Source of the DNA: Selaginella moellendorffii
Taxonomy: Eukaryota; Plantae; Lycopodiophyta
Reading direction: 5' to 3'
Length of the DNA stretch: 64,000 bases
Assembly: GCF_000143415.4 (NCBI RefSeq)
Contig: NW_003314289.1
Location: 919,886 to 983,885, forward strand
Below are positions 1 through 12,222 of this stretch, piece by piece. A model generated the notes under the pieces. The model had not been told where the DNA came from, did no database searches, and saw only the letters and a program-made list of their open reading frames with translations. A program made the position numbers and the translations under genes. Position 1 is the first letter of the stretch; each line of letters opens with the position of its first letter.

Positions 1-216
1 CTCCACAATCTGAATCAATGCCAGTCTAAGGCCTCTTTTTTGTTTTCACTAGCTTTTCTCTTTGTCTTTTGCATTTTCCAGTCTTAATCTTGTTGGGGGT
101 CTTGATAAAGGCTTGGTGTGCTTGGCTGCTTGTGCTTGCGGGGAGTGTAACCAAACCTTAAGTCCAGACTAACCTTGGAAGGGGGATTGAGAAAGATTTG
201 GGAATCCGTGGCTAAC

Positions 217-1010
217 TGTCGCGAATGTGACTTTGGGTATCGCAAGTTACCTATTGGCCAGTCCTTACGGACACTCTTTCCTTATTGTCACGATGGCAGA
301 AGGTCGGTATTACTGGACCCTTTATTAGCCCTTCTTGTTCAAGTGTTAGTAAACTGGACTTTGCATTTGTACTTGGCCGGATGAGCATAAGGACAGAATT
401 CCTAAGTGTTTATTCAACCAAGCATACTTGGCCTGGCTTTTTAGTTTTCTTTTGCTCTGTCTTGCACTGGCTTGACAAGAACCCTCACATATTGAGACTA
501 GTCCCTCAATAACGCTGGATGATAGCTTACCGTGTCTGCCAAACACCCTCGCTATCATGCCCTTTGTGTTAGTCTCATTCCGGTCCCAAATGCTATTTAT
601 GGAAAGTGTCTAGATTTGCTCATTTGACATATCTACGGAATGTAGAGATTGGCCTGAACACAATGGTGTTCATCCCGTGTCTAAATTCGCAACCTAATGC
701 CATTCCATATTTAATAAGTTTTGAGCTTGTCCCAAAGACTAANNNNNNNNNNNNNNNNNNNNNNNNNNNNNNNNNNNNNNNNNNNNNNNNNNNNNNNNNN
801 NNNNNNNNNNNNNNNNNNNNNNNNNNNNNNNNNNNNNNNNNNGGGGGGTTTCAAATGTATAGTAGGGATAATGGGTAGGTCAGGCATGGCCGACCAACCT
901 AAGGTATAGTCTAGCTCACGCTTGTGTGCCTGTCTTTGTTTTGCGTCCGGCTTGGGTCTAAGCCCAAGTTCCATTCCATGCTAGCTGGTGGAGTACCTAT
1001 ATCCTTGCGT
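217..1010 (+). repeat. Left LTR of element B (contains extra sequence and an assembly gap; 3' end uncertain)
   Basis: Aligns with 6245-6844 up to ATCCTTGC at about 1008; terminal GACA not seen. Confidence 0.8.
743..842. other. Assembly gap (100 N)
   Basis: N run. Confidence 1.
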
Positions 1011-4000
1011 TAGGCCACTAATATGCCGAAATAGCACCAGACTCCGTTTGGCTCTGTTTTGCATGCTAGTCCTAGCATTGGGATGCTAGTTGTTCTAGGA
1101 CTATTCCAAGTCGCTCCGGGCTCCTGTCCCTTCGCTCTTTGAGATGTATACTTAGGAGTTGCTCCGTGATTCAGTTCCATCACTCCTTGGTTCCATGCTT
1201 GGGAGTTTGGCACTGTTCCTTCGTTCAGTGGCCCAAAGGGTTTTGCACCATTGGACACGTGGCATGTGTCATGTGGCATAAAGAGGGTTTAGGTTCCACT
1301 TCATGGTGTTATCCTATGGTAAATCACCATATAATAAAGGGTCAAAACCGTATATGCAGAGATGAAAATGATGATCTGAGTGGGTACATGTTTGGGTGCA
1401 AAGACTTCGTGTTCATTCCTTGGGTATGGATTTGATTACCTTGTTAAACCATATTTTGTGAGCTTGAGCTTGGGCTCACAAGAAGGATTGAGTTGTTCTG
1501 TTCACACGAGTTTAAGCTTGGGCTCATGAGTGAGGCACATTAGCAACTCAAGCTTACACTTTCAGTTGGCAAGATTAATGTTAACCTATCGTTGGTTCCA
1601 TGAGTTGTTATATATGCCAAGGGTGAAAGTAAATCTGCCCTAGGTTTGCTATGAGTGGCAAATAGGCTGTTCCGTAGCTATTTAGCACAACATTATTGGA
1701 TCCTTCCTAGGCATGATTACAAGTGAATCAAAATCAATCAAGACTATAGGGATTAGTCTATTGGTACAAGTAGTCATTGCCATGCTCTCTTATAAACTTT
1801 TCTTGGATTGAACTGAAGGTAGTGCGAAAGCAAGCTTGAGGTTTAGTCAAAAGATAAGACCAAAAGAGAGTCGTCAGGAACGAAGGATCAAACACATAAA
1901 TCATTTTCTCTTCTTAGAGAGATGATTTGCAATGAGATATTAACTCATTACTCGTGTTCACAATATGCAATCAAGAATCCCTATCTTGATGCATGTTGGA
2001 AATGATAGTCTTGCAAAGGGTGAGTTATAGGTTGGATAGCGGTAAAGCGCTAAACCATTTTGTCTAGGCTTACTATTAGAAGACTTAGGTTGCAATGTTC
2101 AATTCTTTTCAGGAGAACCTTGCTATTGCTCCTTGAATAGTTTGGTGTTAGTTTAGTTTTGAGTTTGGTCGGAAAGAGAGTGGCATAAGCTTGTCAACAA
2201 AAGTTAGTGGTATTAAGTGTTGTAAATCTCTATCAGTGGAGTGTGGCATTTATGTTGCATTTTGTTGAATCGAGTTGACACTTGATACTCATATAAACCT
2301 TTGAAATAATGACATTGGAATTGCTCATGGTATTGCTCCATTAATGATCAAGTCATTGTGATACTTATATCATATCCATGTGATAATGAGCAATGTGTTA
2401 CGAAGTTGCTTGGTTAAACAATGATCAACCCCAAAGTGGTTGATGGTGAAGTTGGTCCACTTACATATAATAGCATTGTAGTAGCTTTGACTAGATTCTC
2501 AATGGTGATCCATTATGCTAAGCTTAAATTGGTACCTTGTTTCCTTAAGGGGTTTGCCCATTAAGTGTTAGAAAAGGTTATAGTATTCACTTGCTATAGC
2601 TCATTAGTTGATTTGTTAACACTTGGAATAGATTTGTCGATGGAAAAGATATATAGTTGAGGCATTGACATCACTAGCATTTGTGTTAGTGGAAGTGGCA
2701 TTGTTGTTCGAGTGATGAGGAATTTTCCTTAAAGCTTGATTTTCCATATCATTTTTATTGTTAGTGTTTTGGCTTCATATTGGATCTTAAAAGTGATTGA
2801 AGAAAAGTGTTAGTGTAATATGGATATCTAAAGATATGGTCTTCGTGATCAAGCCTCGGATGTTCATTTTGCATTTTGCGGATATCAATGTTGGATGTCA
2901 GAAAAATGCATGATGTTTGATGCTTAAGCATACTATAGATCTCGAGAATTTGTGTTGAGGTGAACTTATTTGAAATTGTTAGTAAAAGGAAGTTGGTTGA
3001 GTCTTGAAAGTTTGCATTCCTGAACTGAGAGTCATTCTTTCTCCAGGATGGAAAATTTTCCATAAATTTTTTTAAGCTTTTCCAATGGCTGATCTATTGA
3101 TCACTTTGCCTGAAAACCATTCCATTTTTGTAAGCTAGTACAAACTAGTGAAAGGGTTGGTGTTGACTTTGGTTAGCCAAAACCTTAGTAAATAGTTTGT
3201 ATGATGCAACCTGAAAAAGATGTTAATTTTTGGGGCTAAAACGATTGAGTTGGATAGAGTCTGAAGTTGGTGTAAAAACGTGGCCGTTGCACTTTTTTAG
3301 AAAGGTGACTTTTGTGCCTTTCTTTTGTAGCATTGTGCTAGGTGGCAAGTTGCACTTTGCATTTTGTTAATACTCTATGAGAGTAGTGAGCTCTCATTGA
3401 TCTTGATTTGGTCTTGGTGGCTCTGTGCCTTGGCTGAGCATGGTGATATCCAACTTAGTTGTTTGCAGTTGAGATGTTAGTACCCATATTATAGCTTTGT
3501 CTAAGTGGAGGTTATGTATCGATATGAGTCCATCTTATGGTCTTCGGACTAAGTGTTGGTCATGTATAGCTAGCCTCTTCAAAGCATGCTCAGAGCTATT
3601 GACTGGATGTGTTGGTGAGCTTATCGCAGTTGAGTTGGATTTGAGTGGTCATTTAGTTTATGCTTGTCCATGAAACTTTATCTCATGCCTGGGGTATTAT
3701 GTTTATATTGGACAAGTGTATGACTCAATGGCACGAGTGTAGTGTTTGGTTCTTGTGAAGGCAAGTTGAAGAGTGATTATTAGTTGCTTTGCAACTAGTG
3801 ATTGCTTGTAGACTTTGTCGAAGACTATGACACTTGCTTCACTCAATGAAGATTTAGCAGTAATGGGCTTGTTTTACCAAATGGTGTTGCGGAGGATCTT
3901 GTTGTTAGACTTACATGGGTTTTCAATATTGGTATGTTGATTCTTTTATCGATATCATTTGGATACATTTAGTCTGTAGTGTTGGATTTCATTGAGTCTT

Positions 4001-6244
4001 GGACGTGGTGATTCATTCCTTAATGCTATGTTATCTGAAATTGAGTATTGTTTAAGAACTAGTCTCGGGTACTGAGTAACGTATCTTCAATTTTTGTTAG
4101 CTTGGTTGCTAAAAAACTTTGAGTGGTGATTCACTCTCGCTTTCTTTTAGCTTTGTCCTAGTGTTGATGGCATTGAAGTGATGCTCTATTATTGACATTA
4201 TTGATGTTGAGACTCGAGTGAAATGAGATGTCTTTCCGTAGGATTGATATTGAGTTTCATTAATCGTGATAAAGATAGTGTTGATGATTTGGTTGTAGCT
4301 TTATATTGTTAGCATTTGCGCATTTACTAGTTAGCAACTATATTGATGTTCAAATGAACTGAGTGGCAAGTTTGAGTTAGTTGTGTCCTAGATGAGATTA
4401 TGTAGTAGGGGTTGAGCTTTAGCTTTTCCTTGAAAAGTGATTTAGTCGTGGACAACACTAACTTTACGAGATGGAGTTAGTGATTAATATTGAAAATGTT
4501 TGAATCTTTATTGGATTTGAGTTAGAATATATCGATCATGGATGATTCTTCTTGTGCTTGTTATGAAGTGAGTTATGTCTTGCTATAGATGGATTCATGG
4601 AGGATCGGTTTGGTAATCACTTGTGAAGCATAGCTTTATTATGCTTAAATTGATGGAGATATGTTCTTCATTAGATTTGCATTATAAAGTTTAGCTTTTG
4701 GATGTATTGAGAAGGATATTGTGGGTTATACCATGATTTCTTCTTTAGCATTGAAGTTAGTTCATACAAGATTTGTGATCATTATAGACAAAGACTTAAT
4801 TATAGGCTTCTTCAAGCTTTTGGTTCTTTGAGTTTTTATACTCATTGTTCCATTTGTTAGAAGTTGTTGGGGAAGGCATTTTTGCTTATTAACTTTGATG
4901 TTAAAGTTAGCTCTTGCATCTAGCAATCATTGGTGATGATTGACTATCATCTAGGATAGTTGATTATCCTTATCAAAAGATTTAACTTGATTGTTGTTGA
5001 GGTAAAATGATTTGCTATTCTATGAGATGGTAGATTCTTTCTTCGATGATGATTATGCATTTCAATATTGATGGGATAATTGATAATCTTTTCTGATAGT
5101 TAGCTATTCTTTTTGATGGATTATGGGTTTTTGCAATACCACATGTTCTTTGTGGTTTGCTTTAAATTGGTCTCTGGGGTTTGAAATATCGATAGGATAT
5201 TGCTGACACTTGCTTGAGCAACTATGGTTCCTTAGTATTGTTGGCCAGGATCTATTTAGATTGGCTAGTGCAATAATTGGCAAGAATGAGTGTTTGTTGG
5301 TCTTACCGCATTCATTTTGTTTTGTTGATTATTGCTTGAGCTAGTTCTGATAGATTAGGATGTTATTTCTTTCGGGTGATACATTTGCGAACACTGTGCT
5401 TGTCAGTCAATGGTACTTTATGTTCTTTGAGTTATCTTTAGTAAGTTGTTTGGCATACTATCTGCCATCTTCAGTAGTTAAATTTTATCATTGTGTTTTT
5501 TTGATGATACATTGACTATTGAATTTTTTTGGATAATGAATCCTATGTTTTCCAACTATAGTGATCTTTGTGGTTCCTATACTATAATACTAGTTTATTG
5601 GATGATAAATTATTTGGAATACTTTTGTGTTCTAATATAAGATTTAATCACTGATACTTACGACTCTAAGATATCATTGTCTATGACTTTGATATTATCC
5701 AATTATTGATCTTTGAGTTTGGGCCAATAATGGGTAGATTAGCTTTGGCACTTCGTGTGCATGGTGAAATCTCTAGTCATGGGGTAGCTACTGTCGACTG
5801 GTCACATAACCCACCTCTCTGTTGATGTTCCTTATTCCGTTGAAGGGCGTGACCGTGTAAACAACTCTAACTGCCTATTTACAATAGTCTATCTAAACCT
5901 TATCGACGGGTTTAGTTTCTTTGCTCATGAGGGTTGGGGCCACTGGCTTCTCTCTCTATGTCCTTGTAGGCAGGGGCATATCACACTTTTGTAAGCTGGG
6001 TGACAACAAGAGCAGCAAAGGTGGCTAACTCTGTTGGTCCTTTCTTTGTCGGCGACGGCCGGAAGGTGTCTAAGCTGGTAGCACATCCACGTTAGACACA
6101 GAGGTTACCCCTAACTCATTTAAGTTGGTGCATTTCTCACATAATGTGAATACCATGAACTTTTTCTGGAGTTGTTTCCTTGGTAGTATTCTAGACTAGA
6201 GTATGCATCAACGAGGACGTCGATCTTCCCTAGGGGGGGGAGAG

Positions 6245-6844
6245 TGTCGCGAATATGACTTCAGGTATCGAAAGTTACTTGTCGGCCAATCCTTACAGAC
6301 ACTCTATCCTTTCCTGGCAGGAGGTCGGTATTGCTAGACCCTTTATCAACCCCTTTTATTTAAGTGTTAGTAAACTAGACTTTGCATTTGTACTTGGCCA
6401 GATGAGCATAAGGGCGGAATTCCTAAGTGTCTATTCAACCAAGTATACTTGGCCTGGCTTTTTAGTTCTCTTTTGCTCTGTCTTGCACTGGCTTGACAAG
6501 AACCCTCCCGTATTGAGACTAGTCCCTCAATAACGCTGAATGATAATTTACCGTGTCTGCCAAACACCCTCGCTATCATACCCTTTGTGTTAGTCTCATT
6601 TCAGTCCCAAATGCTATTTATAGAAAGTGTCTAGATTTGCTCATTTGACATATCTACAGAATGTAGAGATGTGGGGGGTTCTAAATATATAGTAGGGATA
6701 ATGGGTAGCTCGGGCATGGTCAACCAACCTGAGGCATAGTCTAGCTCATGCTTGCGTGCTTGTCCTTGTTCTGCATCCGGCTTGGGTCTAAGCCCAAGTT
6801 CCATTCCATGCTAACTAGTGGAATACCCATATCCTTGCATGACA
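6245..6844 (+). repeat. Right LTR of element B (600 bp)
   Basis: TG...CA termini, PPT upstream, TSD downstream. Confidence 0.9.
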
Positions 6845-7016
6845 CTAACACTCTGTTGCTCATGCAGTAAGTAACTAAAACCAAGTAGGATCAAGTAGGA
6901 GCTGGTACAATAGACAAGAACCTTGGCGAGGGAATTTAGCTAAAGCCAAGGCAGTGTTGGTTAGATAGATGAGGTAAGTTGGCAAATTAGAAAAGAAAAA
7001 TTTGTGGCTTACAATT

Positions 7017-7028
7017 TGGTATCGGAGC
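7017..7028 (+). promoter_or_regulatory. Primer-binding site (tRNA-iMet type) of element A
   Basis: TGGTATCGGAGC 3 nt after the LTR end. Confidence 0.88.
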
Positions 7029-10000
7029 CTTTTCCTTAGTTTTAACAAAGGATAGAGGCGGATTGTTGGGAGATGACAAAGGCAAAGCGTAAACGAACCA
7101 AGGTAGAGACGGAACCTCCTTCGGAGCTAGAGCCTTCGGTTGAACAAGAGGCTATGGATGAAGAATCCTTGCATGAGGAAGACTCTAGTGAGGAAGCTTC
7201 CAAATAAGAGTCTGATGGTGAGGTTCAGTTGTCCAAGGCTCGATTGGACATTCTAGAAGAACAATTGGCATAGACCAATGCCCTACTGAAAACTCTCGTA
7301 CACAAAATAAAGTGTGACAAGAAGTGGAAGAAAAAGCGAAAGATTGCGAATGCTGGCAGCGCAGAAGGTGTGGACCCTTTGGTAGGGATTGAGGCAGAAC
7401 CAAATAAAGTTGAACAAACTGAAGTGGAATCAATCCCTCAAGCAGTTCCCAAGTACAAACCAAAGCCCTCACCAATCTTCAAAGAAGTGAATGACTATAA
7501 GGTGGTGGAGGATTGGTTCTACAATATGGAGGACTACTTCCGAGTGTTGTAGTTACCAAGCTCAGAGAAGGTCCCATGTGCAAAACAATACTTGGCAGAT
7601 AATGCCAAGTCTTGGTGGAGAACGACAAAGGCCAATGAAGGACCAGTGGCCATTTGAGAAATGATGAAGGCGAGGATTTGTGCGACTTATGTTCCTCCAA
7701 ATGCTACTTTGCACCTAAGGGATGAGTTGAGTAGGCTGAAGTAGACCGAAACCATTCAAGAGTATGTGAATGGGTTTATGGCCAAGAGGATACTTGTCAT
7801 GGATATGGGTGATATGGATGCCTTCCATGCCTTTATATCAAGATTGCAAACTTGGGCTCATGGCGAGGTGATGTGTTGGAACCCGACCAACTACAAGGAA
7901 GCGTTGGATGCAGCTATCAAGGTGCATTTCAATGATAACCTGCAAAAAGGGAACACAACAGAGTTAGGGCCCACATTTATCAAAAGGGCCAAACCAAGGG
8001 AAATATATAGCAAAGGGAAATGTAAGAAGAGTTTCTCTAAGAATGAGTCCTTAGGGTTCTGGAAATGCAGATCTGGTGGCCAACAAGCAAGTATATAAGG
8101 GAGTCAAGCAAAAAGAGACAAATCCATGGATAAGAAGGTAAAGTCTACTAGTAGCATGGGAAACAACATATATTATAACTGCGGTGAAGTGGGATACTTT
8201 TCGAGGGAATGTCCCTACCTGAAGAATGCCAGAGCCAATATGCCCATTAAGTCGGGTGAAATCTAAACTAAGGTATGTGATCCAGTCCTTAGCTCAAAGT
8301 TACTCATTATATGAGAAACTTTGGTAAAGAGTTGTTCACGACATCTACTAGCCCTTCGCGAGAAGCTCGGAGGTAGCTTTGTTAAGATCCTTATTGACAC
8401 AGGTGCTTCAGATAATTTTGTGACTGCAGACATAGTCCGACAAGCCGAACTAACAGTGCAGCGGCTGGGTGAACCAAGGATGATAGAGTTTGTTCAAGGC
8501 ACCGATGAGGTACTTCAACAAGCGAGAGTCGAAGTAAGGACATAGAAAGTAGACATGGATTTCACCGTGTTGGACATGGTAGGATTTGACGTAATCTTTA
8601 TGATGGATTGGTTCAATCAATTTGTAGTAGCCCTGCATGGACAAGGTAGGAACCTTGTGGTACTTGCGAATGCCTAGAGAGAACGATCTAGTGTAAAGGC
8701 ATAAGATCTAAAGGTAGGGCAATGTAAGGCCAAAGACTCCTACTTAAACCTGGTGTACACGAGAGGACAACTCACTAAAGGGACAAAGGCAGCATTTTTA
8801 TGCTTACTCTTGGTGAAGAGTGACAAAAAGACGGGAACAAAAGAAGTACTTTCAGTGATCCAGCGAGTGTTAGATCAATTCCAAGATACCATGCCGGAAT
8901 AGTTACTGGCAGGGTTGCCCCCTATACAACCAATAGAACATAAAATTGAGCTAGTCAAGGGTGCTAAAGTGGTGGTTCGCCCACCTTATCGTTTGAACGA
9001 AAAAGAACTCAAGGAGCTCAAGCGCCAACTAGAAGAGTTAGTGGATAAAGGGTATGTTAAGTTGAGCAAGTTACCATATAGGGCGCTGATGTTATTTATG
9101 AAAAAAAAAGATTGTTTTATACGCATGTGCATAGATTAATGGTTTCTCAACAAGTATATAAAGAAGCACAAATACCCTTTGCCAAGGATTGAGGACCTAT
9201 TTAATAGGTTAGGAAAGGCAAAATACTTCTTGAGGATTGATCTAAGGTCAAGATATTACCAGATCAGGGTAGTAGAGGAAGATGTCGAGAAGACAACCTG
9301 TCAAACAAGGTATCGGAGCTTTGAGTTTCTGATGATGCCCTTCAGGCTATGCAATGCGCCAGTGACGTTTTCGGCACTGATGAACCACATCTTTGTACCT
9401 TATCTGGATCACTTCGTGGTTATTTATATTGACAACATCCTGATCTATAGCGAGACGCTAAAGGAGCATGCCGAACACTTGACAAAGATGTTTAAGAAAC
9501 TAAGGGAACACCAGCTGTACACTAAAGAGAGCAAATGTGACTTTGCTCAACAAGAGGTAAAATTTCTCGGGCATGTGGTGGGCAAGGACGGGCTCAAGGT
9601 GGACCTTGAGAAGGTCCAAGCGATCCAGGAATGGGAATAACCATCAAATGTACACGAGTTAAGGGCATTCTTGGGGTTATGCAATTACTACCAAAAGTTT
9701 ATCAAACACTATTCGAGAGTAACCCTACTTTTAACGGACCAAATAGAAAAAAGAAAGATGGTATGGACAGTGAAATGTGAGGTGGCATTTGTCCACCTCA
9801 AAGGGAAGTTGAGGAGGGCTCCTGTGTTAGCGTTACTAGATTTTGGTAAGGACTTTGAGATAGAAACGAATGCTTTAGACTTTGCGTTAGGCGCAGTGTT
9901 GAAGCAAGACAACCATCCAATAGCGTTCTTCTCGAAGAAGTTGGACAAGGCTCAGCAGAAGTGGCCTGCCCACGAGAAGGAATTATTTGCGGTGGTCAAG

Positions 10001-10436
10001 GCACTCAAGGAGTGGAGACACTACCTTGGGAGACACTTCAAAGTTTACACTGACAATGTGGCAACGAAACACTTCTTGTCACAACCCGATCTGAGAGGGA
10101 AATAGGGTCGGTGAGCTAATGCTTTGGCCGAGTTTGATTGCAAGATTCTGTACAAGCCGGGGAAGAGCAATATCGTGGCGGATGCTCTAAGTCGAAAAGC
10201 AAGCTTGAAGCTGGCGATATCCAGCGTGACAGCAACCTTTTGGGATGATGTGCAGACAGCATATGAGAACGATAGTCTAGTACAAGAAGTGTTCTTAAGG
10301 AATCTAGAGGTGTAGGAAGCTCACTAGAGAGGTGAGCTGCCAACAGAAGAGAAAACAAACTATGCAAAACACAATGGACTCATCTATTATAAATAAATAA
10401 GGGTGTATGTTCCAGAAGGGGAACTAAGGAAGGTAG

Positions 10437-11556
10437 TGTAAGCGACTAATTTTTCCATTCTACTTCAGTCACTTAACCACACCTCCGACCACTTGGAGGA
10501 GTCTCATTCACAACCTCCATTAGTCCAATTCAGGACTTGGGACTTGCTAGCCCCAAGAATGGCATCCATGCCACTCAACACTTGCACCTGGTCCAAGTGC
10601 TCCATGTGTCCGGTCCCAAGACCGACACCCAAAGGTACCACTGACATCTTGGCCCGTTACGCTAAGGCCATGCCCATTCACCTTTGCTGCACTAGTGGTC
10701 CAATACCACTTGCATCACCATCCCGTCTCTCCAAGACTGGGCCATCTGTCCACGAGTGGTCATCCTAGATCCACTCCTTAGCATCCTTAGGATGCCCACA
10801 GACCTGGGGAATCGCCTTCCCCAAAGTCCCTTTGTCAGTTCCTACCAAGTCCCTTTCTGCCCCTGGCCGTGTTTGCCAACACTGCCACTGGATCGAGGCC
10901 CACAGGCCCGACCACTAAGTCCCATGGTCCTCTGGGACTTCCTCACCACACGACTGTGTCCTTGGTCACTACCCCAGGGGACTGCTCCTCTTCCTTTCCA
11001 CAATCTAGGCTTTTGGGACAACATTTCGGAACACCATGGCCTTACGCGAGCCACCTGGGTACTCTCCCCACCTTTCGCCTTTAGGTGCTCTAGCCATGGG
11101 CTTAGAGTGAGGTTCCATTGAGCCACGCCTGGTATCCAAGTAGGTAGTGCCACCCACACTTGGACTGGGAGCATCGGCCAGTCGATCTCCCGGGGGAACT
11201 AGAGCCAGCTCTTGAACACTTCACCAAGCTACCCCGCTTGTTGGTCCATATTCACTCTAGTCTTGGACTTCCCAGTGGTCAGTTCGTCACCCAACACTGG
11301 GTCTGGCCTCCCTGGGCCAAACTGGCCTTTCCTGGCCAAACAGGCTCCACTGCAGTCCTCCCCCTTACTATACTTTTGGAGCTCACCAAACCCCCCAGGG
11401 TCTGGGAGACGAACACTTTGGGCTTTCACCCTCTCAGACTCGAACTCGAACTCAGACTTGGACTCGGACTCGGACTCGGACTCGGACTCAGACTCGGACT
11501 CGGGCTCGGTCTCAGCCTTGGCCTCGGTCTCGGTCCCGGTCCCGGTCTCTGTCCCA

Positions 11557-11595
<39 letters not shown>

Positions 11596-12222
11596 CCGGT
11601 CTCGGTCTCGACCTCGGACTCCATCTCGGGTCCTTCTCGGACTCCATCTCGGACTCCGTCTCGGCCCATCTCGGACTCCATCTCGGACTCCATCTCAGAC
11701 TCTGTCTCGGTCCATCTTGGACTCCATCTTAGGTCCATCTCGGACTCCGTCTCGGTCCACTTCGGACTCCATCTCGGACTCCATCTCAGGTCCATCTCGG
11801 ACTCCATCTCGGTCCACCTCGGACTCCACTTCGGGTCCATCTCGGACTCCATATCGGACTCCATCTCGAACTCCACTTCGGATCCATCTCGGACTCCATA
11901 TCGGACTCCATCTCGGACTCCACTTCGGACTCCATATCGAACTCCACTTCGGGTCCATCTCGGACTCCATATCGGACTCCATCTCGGACTCTTCCACGTG
12001 TCATGTGTTGGTCCTTTTTGGGTCCCCTTTTGGAGCCTCGCTTATTGCTCGCTTCGTGCTTGTTCCTCGAGCACTTTGTTGGGAGTTCCACTCCCACTCT
12101 CGACCTTTCAAGTCGGAGCTTTTAGTCCAAATGTGTTACGCTCGTTTGGCTTTCACTTCGGCCACTACCACGTGGCACCATTTCCAGCTCCACTTTGGGG
12201 CCTAGGGATTTTGTGTCTCACC
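10437..12222 (-). repeat. 3' LTR of element C
   Basis: High identity to 16198-17910. Confidence 0.92.
11433..11990. repeat. Compound minisatellite in a C LTR: (TCGGAC)n, (TCGGTC)n, (CCATCTCGGACT)n
   Basis: Visible 6- and 12-bp tandem units. Confidence 0.95.

Larger units (their letters stand above)
217..6844 (+). mobile_element. LTR element B, non-autonomous or LARD-like, inserted in the left LTR of A
   Basis: TSD CTAAC at 212-216 and 6845-6849; both LTRs start TGTCGCGAAT (217, 6245); [16 protein letters not shown] at 6232-6244; no recognisable gag/pol. Confidence 0.9.
146..7013 (+). repeat. Left LTR of element A (about 235 bp), interrupted by element B at 217-6844
   Basis: 146-216 and 6850-7013 joined align with 18530-18772; ends GGCTTACA. 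Confidence 0.9.

Noticed and set aside
606-974. ORFs spanning the N run
   Set aside because: Artefacts of the assembly gap inside an LTR.
11433-11990. Possible CRISPR-like array
   Set aside because: Contiguous tandem units with no unique spacers, no cas genes, and a eukaryotic context.
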